Shown: piece after piece, positions 26,996 through 37,632 of the stretch
How positions within the stretch are numbered: position 1 is the first letter of the stretch
Layout of the letters: each line of letters opens with the position of its first letter
NCBI GenBank assembly: GCA_964589375.1
Contig: CAZPSA010000002.1
Location: 6,975-70,974, forward strand
From: an uncultured Clostridium sp.
GTDB lineage: Bacteria; Bacillota_I; Bacilli_A; RF39; UBA660
Length of the DNA stretch: 64,000 bases
Direction of reading: 5' to 3'
Made by a program: the position numbers and the translations under genes
The notes under the pieces: generated by a model
Database searches by the model: none
Told to the model about the DNA's origin: nothing
The model's input: the letters and a program-made list of their open reading frames with translations, nothing else

Positions 26996-28633
26996 TTATA
27001 CTTCCTGAATTACCGCGATAATCATGGGTTTACATTCAGTTTCAACATAAAAATACTTACTTAATTTTTCTCTAATTTCAGTTTTAATATTATTAAAATC
27101 AACATAATTATTATTAACATTATTATTAATTACTTCTAAAGAAATCCGTTTAATCTCATCAATCATTTCTTTGGAATCTTTAACATAAATAAATCCTCTA
27201 GTTGTTATTTCTGGACCAACTAGTAATCTTTTATCTTTCTTAGATAAAGTCGCACTTATTAAGACAATTCCATTTTCTGATAACATTTGTCTATCTTTAA
27301 TTACTAAATCTCCAACATCATCAGAACTTGTACCATCAATTAAAACATCATCAATAAAAATATGTTCATTATTATCTTCAATTTTCTTATTATTAATTGT
27401 TATTACATCTCCATTTTGTTTTAAGAGTATATTTTCCTTTTTATAACCTAAATTACTTGCTAAATCAGCATTTCCAACCATATAACGATACTCACCTTTA
27501 ACCGGTATAAAATATTTAGGTTTTAATAAATTCATCATAATCATTAAATCTTCTGAGGAAGCATGTAAAGATATTCCCTTATCTTTTGGAATATTAATAA
27601 TATTAACATCCATCATAGCTAATTCATTTTCAATTTTAACATATACTTTTTCATTTTCATCATATTTAGGTTCCGCAAAACATACTGTATCTGAACTAGT
27701 TAATTTAATATATTTATCATTACCAGCTATTATTTTTTCCATTGCATTATAAGGATTTGCCCTATCATCACAAACTAGCAATATTGCATTATTATCATTA
27801 ATATTAGCTAAATCTCCAATCATATTTTCTGAAACACTAATATAATTATCTTTAATTGCCATATTTATAATATTTTGTAATTTCTTCCCCATGATAACAA
27901 TTTTACGATGAGTATCTTTAGCGGCGTTAAATATACCTTCTATAGTATATAAATGAACTGGTAAAACACTAAAAATAACTCTCCCATTTGCTTTATTAAT
28001 TATTTTCTTAAAGAAAGAAACCATATGATGATTAGGACTTGTATGCCCTATATTTTCGGAAAAACTAGACTCACAAAGTAAAGCTAAAACACCTTGTTTA
28101 CCTACATAGGCAATTTTTCCTAAATCCATATTATATGGTCCCATCATTGATGGATCAATAATAAAATCTCCGGTATACGCAATTGCCCCATCGGCAGTAT
28201 TTATAACATACATTACAGAATCTGGTACAGAGTGATTTACTCTAATTGGAAATACACTAATTTCCTTATTAATACTAATTTTCTTATGATTTTCAACGAT
28301 ATGTAAATTACTAGCTGGTATACCATCTAATACCATTTGATTATAAGTATATTTAGTCATATAAATTTTAATATTAGGAATAAGCTTTATTAAATCACTT
28401 ACTCCCCCATAACTTTCTGGATGAGCATGAGTTATAAAAACTCCCTCTATTTTATCCTTATTTTCTACTAAGTAAGAATAATCTGGAATAATATAATCTA
28501 TTCCAAAAATTGTTTCTGTCGCGTATTTTAAACCAGCATCTAAGACAAAAATATGATCGTCAACATTTACAATATAAGTATTTTTTCCATTCTCATCAAG
28601 TCCACCCATACCAAAAATTTTTATTTTACTCAT
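26996..28633 (-). CDS. rnj: Ribonuclease J (J2-like, degenerate metal motif)
   Basis: GMGGLDENGKN, THAHPES (canonical THGHEDH), VNHSVPD, YTGDF, beta-CASP C-terminus; likely start 28633. Confidence 0.9.
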   Translation of the reverse strand: MSKIKIFGMGGLDENGKNTYIVNVDDHIFVLDAGLKYATETIFGIDYIIPDYSYLVENKDKIEGVFITHAHPESYGGVSDLIKLIPNIKIYMTKYTYNQMVLDGIPASNLHIVENHKKISINKEISVFPIRVNHSVPDSVMYVINTADGAIAYTGDFIIDPSMMGPYNMDLGKIAYVGKQGVLALLCESSFSENIGHTSPNHHMVSFFKKIINKANGRVIFSVLPVHLYTIEGIFNAAKDTHRKIVIMGKKLQNIINMAIKDNYISVSENMIGDLANINDNNAILLVCDDRANPYNAMEKIIAGNDKYIKLTSSDTVCFAEPKYDENEKVYVKIENELAMMDVNIINIPKDKGISLHASSEDLMIMMNLLKPKYFIPVKGEYRYMVGNADLASNLGYKKENILLKQNGDVITINNKKIEDNNEHIFIDDVLIDGTSSDDVGDLVIKDRQMLSENGIVLISATLSKKDKRLLVGPEITTRGFIYVKDSKEMIDEIKRISLEVINNNVNNNYVDFNNIKTEIREKLSKYFYVETECKPMIIAVIQEV

Positions 28634-28758
28634 TAATATCACCTTTTCTATATTATTTAAAGTTTGTGCGGTAAACCAATTATAACAAAATATCAGGTGA
28701 TTTTCAATCAAAAATAATTGACCTTAATTCCTCTTTTATAAATTATTATCAATAAAAA

Positions 28759-29529
28759 CTATTTTTCACTAATTAAATCTTTTAAATAAACTATATCTAA
28801 ATCTAACCGTTTAATTTCATTTAATATAAGTAATAGATTATCACTACTTAAATTACGATTAATAAAAATAATACTGCCTGATGTAATATTATTTAAGATA
28901 TCAATTATACTATCATTAGTACTTATAGAATAACTAACTAAATAATAATCTTTCTTCAAACATTCTTCTTGATTTGAATAATTAACTAAACATATTTTTT
29001 CCTTTTGTTTAATTCTTTTTAATAAAGAATTAATATCAGAAAATATTTCTTTATTTTGAGCACCATTTATATATTCATGATTTTTATCTATTTCTTCAGT
29101 TTTTGTCAACATATAAGTATATTTAATACTATTATTATCAAAATAATTTTTAACTTCTAAATTATCATATAAGATAAAAGATACAGCTCTTTTTTTATCA
29201 TTACCTTTAATAATAATCTTATCTTTATTATCTTCTAATGAAATAGTTGGCTTTAAATAATTAAACTTTAAATATAAATCATTAAATACCCCAAATTCTT
29301 CCATTTTTAATAAAGATTTATGTTCATCTACCTCTCTTCCATATATTCCCGGTATAACCGTATCTTCTCCAATTTCCGCATTAACTGGTTCCATATAGTA
29401 GTTATCTTTTTGATCAATAATACTTATCATTAAGGGATTTTTACTTTCTATAAAAGCCATTACTCGATCGGTAATATAAAAACTTAATATCATTAACGCT
29501 ACAGTCACAACATATTTTCCTTTTTTCAT
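28759..29529 (-). CDS. Degenerate polysaccharide deacetylase, YlxY-like
   Basis: N-terminal TM, EPVNA..VIPGIYGREVD, IIKGN..KRAVSF, GSIIFI, IVYLKDLISE; catalytic D/H motifs absent. Confidence 0.6.
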   Translation of the reverse strand: MKKGKYVVTVALMILSFYITDRVMAFIESKNPLMISIIDQKDNYYMEPVNAEIGEDTVIPGIYGREVDEHKSLLKMEEFGVFNDLYLKFNYLKPTISLEDNKDKIIIKGNDKKRAVSFILYDNLEVKNYFDNNSIKYTYMLTKTEEIDKNHEYINGAQNKEIFSDINSLLKRIKQKEKICLVNYSNQEECLKKDYYLVSYSISTNDSIIDILNNITSGSIIFINRNLSSDNLLLILNEIKRLDLDIVYLKDLISEK

Positions 29530-29595
29530 ACATTTCTCCCTTATTATTCATTGTTATATCCTATTTACTAAGTTAAAAAAATATGCTAATAATAA

Positions 29596-29958
29596 CTATT
29601 CTTTATCATCATTTTTTATTTGCTCTTCTATTTCTTCTTTTTTATTAGATAAAAAGACTACTTTTTCGACTACAATTTCAGTTGAATATTTTTTCTCATT
29701 ATTCTCAGTAACATAGCTTGTATTTTTTATTTGCCCCCTAACGGCAATTAAATCACCTTTTTTGACATATTCACATACCCTAGATGCAATACCATCCCAC
29801 AAAGTACATCTAATAAAATCCACCTCATAAATTCCTTCTGAATTTTTATAATTTCTTTGAACAGCTAGAGTAATATGTGAAACTTTCTTTCCTTTAACTG
29901 CCTCGGTTATTTCGGGATCCTTAGTAAGCCTTCCAATTAAATTTACTGAATTATACAT
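29596..29958 (-). CDS. ssb: Single-stranded DNA-binding protein (short SsbB type)
   Basis: NSVNLIGRLTKDPE, DFIRC, KKGDLIAVRG; lacks the DDLPF tail. Confidence 0.9.
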   Translation of the reverse strand: MYNSVNLIGRLTKDPEITEAVKGKKVSHITLAVQRNYKNSEGIYEVDFIRCTLWDGIASRVCEYVKKGDLIAVRGQIKNTSYVTENNEKKYSTEIVVEKVVFLSNKKEEIEEQIKNDDKE

Positions 29959-30021
29959 AATAATTCCTCCTTTCAAAGTATTATTATCATTAATAAGAAT
30001 AATAAGCAAAATACCAAAATT

Positions 30022-30052
30022 AAAAAACTAACCATAAAAGCAGTTAGTTTTT
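30022..30052 (-). terminator. Intrinsic terminator after sufB
   Basis: aaaaactaac/gttagttttt inverted repeat. Confidence 0.6.
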
Positions 30053-30122
30053 AAAATTCTCTTAAGCAAAATTTACAAATCTTCTAGTTAAATTTTTAAA
30101 TTTATCCTATTTAGAAAAAAAT

Positions 30123-31406
30123 TTAATTTTTTAATAAACGATTAAGTTCAACCGCATACTCTAATGGAAGTTCCTTTTTAAAATCAGCAATAAATCCTAA
30201 TATAATTAACTCTTTAGCCCTATCTTCACTAAGTCCCTTACTCATTAAATAAAATAACTTTTCTTCACTTACTTTCGATACTGTTGCCTCATGTTCTAAT
30301 GTACTACTATCATTTAAAACAATATTTTTAGGAATAGTATCACTTTTAGAAATATCATCAATTAAAATTGTATCACACTTTAACGAAGCTTCACTATCTG
30401 TTGCGCTTTTTTCTATTTTTATTAACCCTCTATAATTAGCCTGTCCCTTTGTTGAAGCAATACTTTTAGATATAATATTACTTTTAGTATGTTTGCCAAT
30501 GTGAATCATTTTAGCTCCCGCATCAAGATATTGTCCCTCTTTCGCATACGCAATACTAACTGAATTTGATGATGAATAATCACCTTTTAAAATACTTGAA
30601 GGATATTTCATGGTAACAAAACTTCCAATATTACCATCTAACCACTGCATATACCCCCCTTCATCAACAATACTCCTTTTCGTAACTAAGTTATAAACAT
30701 CATTACTCCAATTTTGAATAGTACTATATTTACATTTAGCATTCTTGCCAACATATATTTCTACTATCCCAGCATGAAGTGAATTAGAAGAATAACTAGT
30801 CGCGGTACACCCTTCTATATATGAAAGCTCTGCACCCTCATCTACTATAATAATTGTTCTTTCAAATTGTCCCATCAATTCACTAGAAATTCTAAAATAA
30901 CTTTGAAGAGGTCTATCTAATTTAATATTTTTAGGAATGTATATAAAAGAACCCCCACTCCATAAAGCTCCATTTAATGCGGTAAACTTATTTTCATCAT
31001 ATTTAACTAAGTTATTAAAATACTTTTTAAACAATTTAGGATATTTTTTTAAAGCCTCATCAGTAGATAAAAAAATTATTCCTTGATCAATTTTCATCTT
31101 ATGATAAAAAACTTCACTCTCAATTTGATTAGAAACCCCACATAAATACGAATTTTCTGCATCAATCACGCCTAAATCTTTAAATGTCTTTTTTACGTTT
31201 TTATCAACATCATTCCAATTATCGGTTAAATCCCCTATTTTTTTATAATAATTCAAACTATCAAAATCAATATCTAATTTTGGTCCAAAGTTTGGTTTAT
31301 CTAATTCTAAAAACTTTCTAAAAGCTTTTAATCTAAAATCAAGCATCCATTTAGGTTCCTTCTTTAATTTAGAAAGTTTAGTTATGTATTCTTCATTCAA
31401 TTTCAT
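30123..31406 (-). CDS. sufB: Fe-S cluster assembly protein SufB
   Basis: EPKWMLDFRLK, WSGGSF, GQFERT, YIEGCTA, HEATVS, YAVELNRL. Confidence 0.95.
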   Translation of the reverse strand: MKLNEEYITKLSKLKKEPKWMLDFRLKAFRKFLELDKPNFGPKLDIDFDSLNYYKKIGDLTDNWNDVDKNVKKTFKDLGVIDAENSYLCGVSNQIESEVFYHKMKIDQGIIFLSTDEALKKYPKLFKKYFNNLVKYDENKFTALNGALWSGGSFIYIPKNIKLDRPLQSYFRISSELMGQFERTIIIVDEGAELSYIEGCTATSYSSNSLHAGIVEIYVGKNAKCKYSTIQNWSNDVYNLVTKRSIVDEGGYMQWLDGNIGSFVTMKYPSSILKGDYSSSNSVSIAYAKEGQYLDAGAKMIHIGKHTKSNIISKSIASTKGQANYRGLIKIEKSATDSEASLKCDTILIDDISKSDTIPKNIVLNDSSTLEHEATVSKVSEEKLFYLMSKGLSEDRAKELIILGFIADFKKELPLEYAVELNRLLKN

Positions 31407-31474
31407 CTTAAAACACCATAAAATATATTACCACAGATATTAAAAAAATGGTATTTAAACCAAAATAAAAAGGC

Positions 31475-31735
31475 TTATTTAGCCTCAACTATTAATTTTA
31501 TTGCCGTTTTTTCTGTCCCATCAATTACAATATCAGAAAAAGCCGGAATAACAACTAAATTCTTCCCACAGGGAGCAACAAAACCTCTTGCAATTGCCAC
31601 TGCTTTTATAGCTTGATTTAAACTGCCAGCTCCAATAGTTTGAATTTCTACAATTCCATCAATTCTAAAAACATTTGCAATTGCCCCTGCTACTTTACTA
31701 GGATTACTCTTACTAGATACTTTTAATGTTTCCAT
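31475..31735 (-). CDS. spoVS: Stage V sporulation protein S
   Basis: LKVSSKSNP..VAGAIA..IGAGSLNQAIKAVAIARGF. Confidence 0.95.
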   Translation of the reverse strand: METLKVSSKSNPSKVAGAIANVFRIDGIVEIQTIGAGSLNQAIKAVAIARGFVAPCGKNLVVIPAFSDIVIDGTEKTAIKLIVEAK

Positions 31736-31772
31736 TTTTGCCTCCTTCATAAAAAACTTATGAAAGAGAAAA

Positions 31773-32357
31773 TTATTTTAGACTATCTTTTTTATCTTTT
31801 AATACTTCAGCTTGTAAATATCTAGGAACATCTTTTACCATAATTACCTCAGAAATATGTTCTTCTAATTTTTCTTTTGGTAGCTCAGACGCTAAACAAA
31901 AAACGTTTTTACCATATTTTGTCCCACCTGCATATAGAAAAGACCAGTGATTTCTAAGGGAAATTAATATTGGCACTAAGACATAATTACCATTATTAAA
32001 TAATACCGTATATGGTGTAACATCATCAGAAGGTAATAAATTATTAACAATAGGTAAAACATAAGTTTTTTCATTAATTACAACTTTCACATCATCATTA
32101 TCATATATATAGCTGCCCTTTTTTGTAAAATATATCCTACTTAAATTATCATCTTCATTAACTACCATATCTTCATATTTTTGCTGTATATCTAAAGGCA
32201 TTTGATCAAAATCACAATATATATTATTTAAAGGTACTACCTTTCTCGTTATCACAAACGGTAAACATTCCTTAAAAACCCCATTAGATAACATATATAT
32301 TTTAACACTTCTCATGAGCTCTTCAGGTACATATCTTGCACTTAAAAACTTCTTCAT
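31773..32357 (-). CDS. Hypothetical protein
   Basis: 194 aa ORF, ATGA overlap with the upstream gene; no motif recognised. Confidence 0.6.
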   Translation of the reverse strand: MKKFLSARYVPEELMRSVKIYMLSNGVFKECLPFVITRKVVPLNNIYCDFDQMPLDIQQKYEDMVVNEDDNLSRIYFTKKGSYIYDNDDVKVVINEKTYVLPIVNNLLPSDDVTPYTVLFNNGNYVLVPILISLRNHWSFLYAGGTKYGKNVFCLASELPKEKLEEHISEVIMVKDVPRYLQAEVLKDKKDSLK

Positions 32358-33199
32358 TTACTTTCCCATCTAGCTGTAATCCCACATGGTAATATTAAAC
32401 CATCATTCGCCTTAACCCCTAATTCAGTACTCGTGATTTTACCTTTTATTTTTATTGTCTTATTAAGAATATTTTCTAAAACCGTCATTGATAAACCAGT
32501 TGTATACGTATTTATTATAAACAAAAGAGGTTCATCACTTAGTAATTTAACAGTATCTTCTATTAAATTGTATAAATCTTTTTCAATAGACCAAACTTCA
32601 TTTTTTGCCCCTCTTCCAAATGAAGGTGGATCCATAATAATAATATCGTATTTATTTTCTCTTCTAATTTCTCTTTTAACTAATTTCTTAACATCATCAA
32701 TATAAAACTTAACATCGGCATTTTCTAACCCATTTAATTTAACATTTTCTTTGGCCCAATCAATCATTCCTTTTGAAGAATCAACATGAACAACACTTGC
32801 CCCTTCCATTAATGCCGCAATAGTAGAAGCACCTGTATAAGCAAAAAGATTTAAAACCCTAACTTTTCTTTTACTATTTTTAATAGTATTTCTTATTAAA
32901 TCCCAATTTAACGCTTGTTCAGGAAATAACCCGGTATGTTTAAACCCCATTAATTTCAAATTAAATTTCATATCTTTATAATTAACAACCCAAAATGGTG
33001 GTAAATTATTATTAATTTTCCAGCTACCACCACCCGAAGAACTTCGTAAATACTCAGCATCAACCTTAATATCTTCCTTACCTGGCCAAATAATCTCCGG
33101 ATCCGGTCTTTTTAAAATAATATTTCCCCACTTTTCATATTTATAACCATTACTCATAGATAATATTTCATAATCATTAAAATCTTTTATTGTTTCCAT
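32354..33199 (-). CDS. Class I SAM-dependent methyltransferase (RlmI/RlmK-like)
   Basis: FKHTGLFPEQ, VLNLFAYTG, MDPPSFGRG. Confidence 0.85.
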   Translation of the reverse strand: METIKDFNDYEILSMSNGYKYEKWGNIILKRPDPEIIWPGKEDIKVDAEYLRSSSGGGSWKINNNLPPFWVVNYKDMKFNLKLMGFKHTGLFPEQALNWDLIRNTIKNSKRKVRVLNLFAYTGASTIAALMEGASVVHVDSSKGMIDWAKENVKLNGLENADVKFYIDDVKKLVKREIRRENKYDIIIMDPPSFGRGAKNEVWSIEKDLYNLIEDTVKLLSDEPLLFIINTYTTGLSMTVLENILNKTIKIKGKITSTELGVKANDGLILPCGITARWESK

Positions 33200-33253
33200 A
33201 GTAACCTCAATTCCCTTATAATATACCATATTTGTTGTAAAACAAAAAGCCTC

Positions 33254-34492
33254 TTATGAAGCTTTTTCCTTAGTAATAACCGGTTTATTTGTTTCAGAAT
33301 TAATTCTTTCTATAGTTAGATAATCTTTAGCATTAACAGGTAAATCTTTCATTTTTAATTTAGTAGTAACTCTATTATCTAAATAACCATAAATAAGAGC
33401 AAATATCGGAACTCCCAAAATCATCCCTACAATCCCAAAGACATTACCAAAAAACAATATTGAAGCAAGAACCCAAAAAGATTTTAATCCTGTTCTAGAC
33501 CCGCAAAGTTTAGGTTCAATTATATAACTATCAACTTGCTGAAGCGCAATAATAAACAAAACAAATATAAAACATTTTGTTGGATTATCCATTAAGATTA
33601 ATAAAGCACTAGGAATAGTCCCAATATATGGTCCAAAGTAAGGAATCATATTAGTTATTCCAATCAATACACCAATTAATAAAGCATACGGATAATTAAA
33701 AATACTTAAAAAGATAAACGTAATAAAACCAATCGTAAAACCATCAAGTAATTTACCAATACAAAAATTACCAAATACATTATTAGTATGACGAGCATTA
33801 TCTAAAATATTATTTGCAACTTTTAATGGAAAAATACTATAAATTATCTTCTTTATTCCTGATACAAAACCATTTTTATCACTTAAATAATAAATTGAAA
33901 TAACGAACCCCATAACTATATTAAAAACTACTTTAACGGCCCCAAAAACTCCATTTGATAATGATACTAACCATTTTTCTACAACCGGAAGCAAAGTATT
34001 ATTTACCATATTTGTTAAATAAGTATTAATCGCATCATAATTATTCATAATAATATTTTTTAATTCTTCATGATTTGTAAGTTTTTCAAGCAAATAGGTT
34101 TTTGTTTCATTAAAATAAGTTGGTAAATTAACCGCTAATTTTTCAATACTCTTAAGTAATTCTGGTAAAACAAAACTAAATAGTAAAATTACTAAACCAA
34201 GAAAAAGCAAAATAGTTAAAACAATACTTAATGTATTAGCTAATTTGTCTTTTTTTATTTTAAATAACTTTTCAAATATATATTCTTTTATTATTTTAAC
34301 AATTGGATTTAATAAATAAGCAAAAACAAAACCAACTATAAATGGAGTAAATAACCCTAGTATAATTTTAAAATAACTATAGATTAGTCCAATTTTAGAT
34401 ATTAAAAAATAAAATGTAATACAGCAAGCAATAACTAAAAATGCTGTAAAACCAATTTGATAATATTTATTTTTCTTTAGATTTTCTTTCAT
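33254..34492 (-). CDS. AI-2E family transporter
   Basis: AYLLNP, NMIPYFGP, QQVDSYIIEPK, GMILGVP. Confidence 0.9.
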   Translation of the reverse strand: MKENLKKNKYYQIGFTAFLVIACCITFYFLISKIGLIYSYFKIILGLFTPFIVGFVFAYLLNPIVKIIKEYIFEKLFKIKKDKLANTLSIVLTILLFLGLVILLFSFVLPELLKSIEKLAVNLPTYFNETKTYLLEKLTNHEELKNIIMNNYDAINTYLTNMVNNTLLPVVEKWLVSLSNGVFGAVKVVFNIVMGFVISIYYLSDKNGFVSGIKKIIYSIFPLKVANNILDNARHTNNVFGNFCIGKLLDGFTIGFITFIFLSIFNYPYALLIGVLIGITNMIPYFGPYIGTIPSALLILMDNPTKCFIFVLFIIALQQVDSYIIEPKLCGSRTGLKSFWVLASILFFGNVFGIVGMILGVPIFALIYGYLDNRVTTKLKMKDLPVNAKDYLTIERINSETNKPVITKEKAS

Positions 34493-35240
34493 TTGGTACC
34501 TCCTTATATTCACCTAATCTTTGTAAAACAGGTTCATTTAAAGTTTTTAAATAATATTCTTCATCAAATAAAGCATAAATTAAGTCTTTACCCTTTTTTA
34601 ATTTGATTTTCTCCGCATCAAGTCCGTTTTCCTTGGCAGTAGCAACATCACTTTTAACTCTAGCTTTATAGTCATATGCGACAATAATATCAGCTCCAAC
34701 ACATATAAAGGCTAAACTATTAATAATTCCCGTTGGATGTTCAATCATTGGCACAAATATATTATTAATAAACCAAATTCCAACCTCACTTTGATCATTT
34801 ATTAATTCAATAAAATCTGAGGCATAAACTGTAAGAAAAGCAATAACAATGGCAATACCCATAATCCAAGTTTTAAGTTTTCCTAGATTTGAGCTTTCAA
34901 TACTAGAACCTTTAGTAGCACCACCAGTATTAATTAAAGTAATAACGGCTTCTGTAACAATTGGAAGTAACATAATCGGATAATTAAACGCTAAAAGAGC
35001 TAAAGTAGATATACCAAATAGTTTATCGGCTAAAGCATCTAATAATGCCCCAAAAAGAGTTGATACTTTTAACCTTCTTGCCATAATTCCATCAACACTA
35101 TCAGTTAAAAGCAAAATTATTAGATAGAAAATAATCTCCTTGGGATTCATGCTAGCACAAATAAATGGCATTAAAAATGTTCCAATTAATCTTATCATTG
35201 TAATTGAATTTACAAATATTTTAGCTCCCACTTTTTTCAT
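34467..35240 (-). CDS. CDP-alcohol phosphatidyltransferase
   Basis: DSVDGIMARR..GALLDALADK signature. Confidence 0.9.
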   Translation of the reverse strand: MKKVGAKIFVNSITMIRLIGTFLMPFICASMNPKEIIFYLIILLLTDSVDGIMARRLKVSTLFGALLDALADKLFGISTLALLAFNYPIMLLPIVTEAVITLINTGGATKGSSIESSNLGKLKTWIMGIAIVIAFLTVYASDFIELINDQSEVGIWFINNIFVPMIEHPTGIINSLAFICVGADIIVAYDYKARVKSDVATAKENGLDAEKIKLKKGKDLIYALFDEEYYLKTLNEPVLQRLGEYKEVPNERKSKEK

Positions 35241-35298
35241 ACGATACCTCCTATTACTTTAATTTTAGCATTATGAAACCAAAACCGCAATAATCCTT

Positions 35299-35913
35299 TT
35301 AAATTCTTTCTATATAAGATAAATCATAAACTAAACCATTATCATTTATAATTATATTAAATATGCGCTCTTCATTAAACTTAACAGAAAAAGATTTCCC
35401 AGCATATTCAAATGAATATACCCTATTTGTTTCATCTTTAATTACCGCATTTTCTGGTTCATTTAAAATATTAATAATATTAATTGGAAGTAAAAACGAT
35501 ATATTAACATCGATCATTATATTTTCATTAGGTATTAATTCTTCTTTTTGAATTTGATATAAAATGCCATCTTCATATTTTATTCGATATATGTTAGCAT
35601 TAGTTTCTAAAGTACCTTCTAACGTATTATTATTAATTACACCAGTTATAAAATAATCACCAATTTTATATGTTACTTGCTGGACATTTTGGATTAATTT
35701 ATTTTTCATTTTACTAAAATTTATTCCTTTAGTTACGGTTGTACTACTATTTAAAGATTGTTCATAATTAGTATTATTATTGCCACCTACAAAAGATGAT
35801 AAAAACACAAATAAGTATAATGCCGCAAAGAATATCAACCAAAATTTTAGTTTAATAATTATCTTTCCATCAGGAGTTTGCCACTTTTCTTTAAAAGTCT
35901 TTTTGTTTTTCAC
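35299..35913 (-). CDS. Hypothetical single-TM protein
   Basis: N-terminal TM, beta-rich ectodomain; GTGA overlap with fmt. Confidence 0.65.
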   Translation of the reverse strand: MKNKKTFKEKWQTPDGKIIIKLKFWLIFFAALYLFVFLSSFVGGNNNTNYEQSLNSSTTVTKGINFSKMKNKLIQNVQQVTYKIGDYFITGVINNNTLEGTLETNANIYRIKYEDGILYQIQKEELIPNENIMIDVNISFLLPINIINILNEPENAVIKDETNRVYSFEYAGKSFSVKFNEERIFNIIINDNGLVYDLSYIERI

Positions 35914-36845
35914 ATTGCCTCCTTACCTAAAAGAGAATTTTTATAACCATTTTTAAAATCTTTTACACTCATAATATTTTTACCTTTTGGTTTTATCATA
36001 GTGATTTTAATTCCTTCATCCTGAGTCATAATAACCAAATAATCTTTCTCATCTTTTACAATTGTACTACACTGTCCCACTGCCGGAACTATTTCACATT
36101 TAGCAATTTTAATTTCAGTATCATCAAGAATAAAATATGCCAGTGGCAAAGGTGACAACGCTCTAATTTTATTATATACATTAATTGCTAAATCGTTAAA
36201 ATCTAAATGTTCATCTTCTCTTTTAATTATTTTAGCAAATGTTACCTCTTCTTCATTTTGCTTTTCCCGATTATTAGTACCATTTATTATGCTAGGTAAG
36301 TTTTCGATAATCATATTTGCCCCTAGTATGCTAAGTTTATTAGATAAAGTTTCTAAATTATCATCAATGGTTATTTCCACTTTTTCTTGAACTATAATAT
36401 CTCCCGAATCCATACCTTTATCCATATACATCAGAGTTATCCCTGTATATTTTTCATTATTCATAATTGCGTGATGAATTGGCGCACCACCTCGATACTT
36501 TGGTAAAAGCGAAGCATGAATATTAATACAACCAAGGCGCGGAATATCAAGGACTTCTTGAGGTACAATCTGACCATAAGCACACGTAATAATAATGTCA
36601 GGATTAATTTCTTTTAAAAACTCATAATCTTCTCTAATTTTGCTTGGCGAATAAACCTTAATATTATTTTTTAAAGCTAACTCTTTTACAGGACATGGAG
36701 TTAAAACTTTTTTTCTTCCAACAAAGGCATCAGGACTTGTTACAACTCCAATTACGTTAGTGTTTTCAATAAGTTTTTTTAAAATTGGCACACTAAATAT
36801 AGGTGTCCCCATAAAAACAACTTTTAATTCTTTCATAATCATCAT
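35910..36845 (-). CDS. fmt: Methionyl-tRNA formyltransferase
   Basis: VFMGTP, CINIHASLLPKYRGGAPI, GMDSGDI. Confidence 0.95.
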   Translation of the reverse strand: MMIMKELKVVFMGTPIFSVPILKKLIENTNVIGVVTSPDAFVGRKKVLTPCPVKELALKNNIKVYSPSKIREDYEFLKEINPDIIITCAYGQIVPQEVLDIPRLGCINIHASLLPKYRGGAPIHHAIMNNEKYTGITLMYMDKGMDSGDIIVQEKVEITIDDNLETLSNKLSILGANMIIENLPSIINGTNNREKQNEEEVTFAKIIKREDEHLDFNDLAINVYNKIRALSPLPLAYFILDDTEIKIAKCEIVPAVGQCSTIVKDEKDYLVIMTQDEGIKITMIKPKGKNIMSVKDFKNGYKNSLLGKEAM

Positions 36846-36913
36846 CTCGCAATATAATATACCATATTTTTAGCAAAATAAAAAGCAAACCCTAGTTTAC
36901 TTATTTAATTATT

Positions 36914-37525
36914 TTATGTGGCGGGTGATGCAGATACCACAATATGAGCAGCAAAAACAGCACTCATATCAACCGATTGATCTTCTTCATTATCTATAAA
37001 GTAAAATTTAATTTCATAAACATGTTTAGCATTAGTTACTGTATTAAATTCTCCACTCCCAAGATCAATACTATAACTTCCATTATTTGATTCAGGACGG
37101 GTTATATCAGTAAGAACAGTTTTAGCACTCAAGGTAGTCCCACTATTTGAAGTTGTGCCATTTTCCCCAGTTACTACCGCCAGAGTATATTTCATGTTAA
37201 CGGTTGTAAAAGTATCTTTATCAATTATTAATTTTAAAGTATAAGGCATTTTACCAGTCGTATCATTATTTCCCGTAATAGTTATCTTTTTTGTCCCCCA
37301 CGGATTAGTACTATCTGGCATAATATTTTCAGCAACTACATTATCACCACCATCTACTTCTATCGTCATTGTTCCGGCATCAGTATAAATGGTTGAAGAA
37401 GTTTCCGAACCAGTGATAGTCGCACTAAAAAAAGCATATGTTACACCAAGAAACACAACTATAACAAATAAAAATACAGCAATAATTGAAACTAATACTT
37501 TTTTATAGCTTTTCATGTCACGCAC
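36914..37525 (-). CDS. Secreted protein with SipW-type/TasA-like signal region
   Basis: Hydrophobic leader ending GVTYAFF, AGT, N-I-M-P, Thr-rich beta domain, DQ..DM near the C-terminus. Confidence 0.55.
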   Translation of the reverse strand: MRDMKSYKKVLVSIIAVFLFVIVVFLGVTYAFFSATITGSETSSTIYTDAGTMTIEVDGGDNVVAENIMPDSTNPWGTKKITITGNNDTTGKMPYTLKLIIDKDTFTTVNMKYTLAVVTGENGTTSNSGTTLSAKTVLTDITRPESNNGSYSIDLGSGEFNTVTNAKHVYEIKFYFIDNEEDQSVDMSAVFAAHIVVSASPAT

Positions 37526-37632
37526 TATCCTTACTTATTTATTATATTATAATTTATTTAGAAACACAATCATATTTTTAAACCGTTTTTAAAAAAGCGA
37601 AAACAATATATTCGACTGACAAAAAAGATTTT

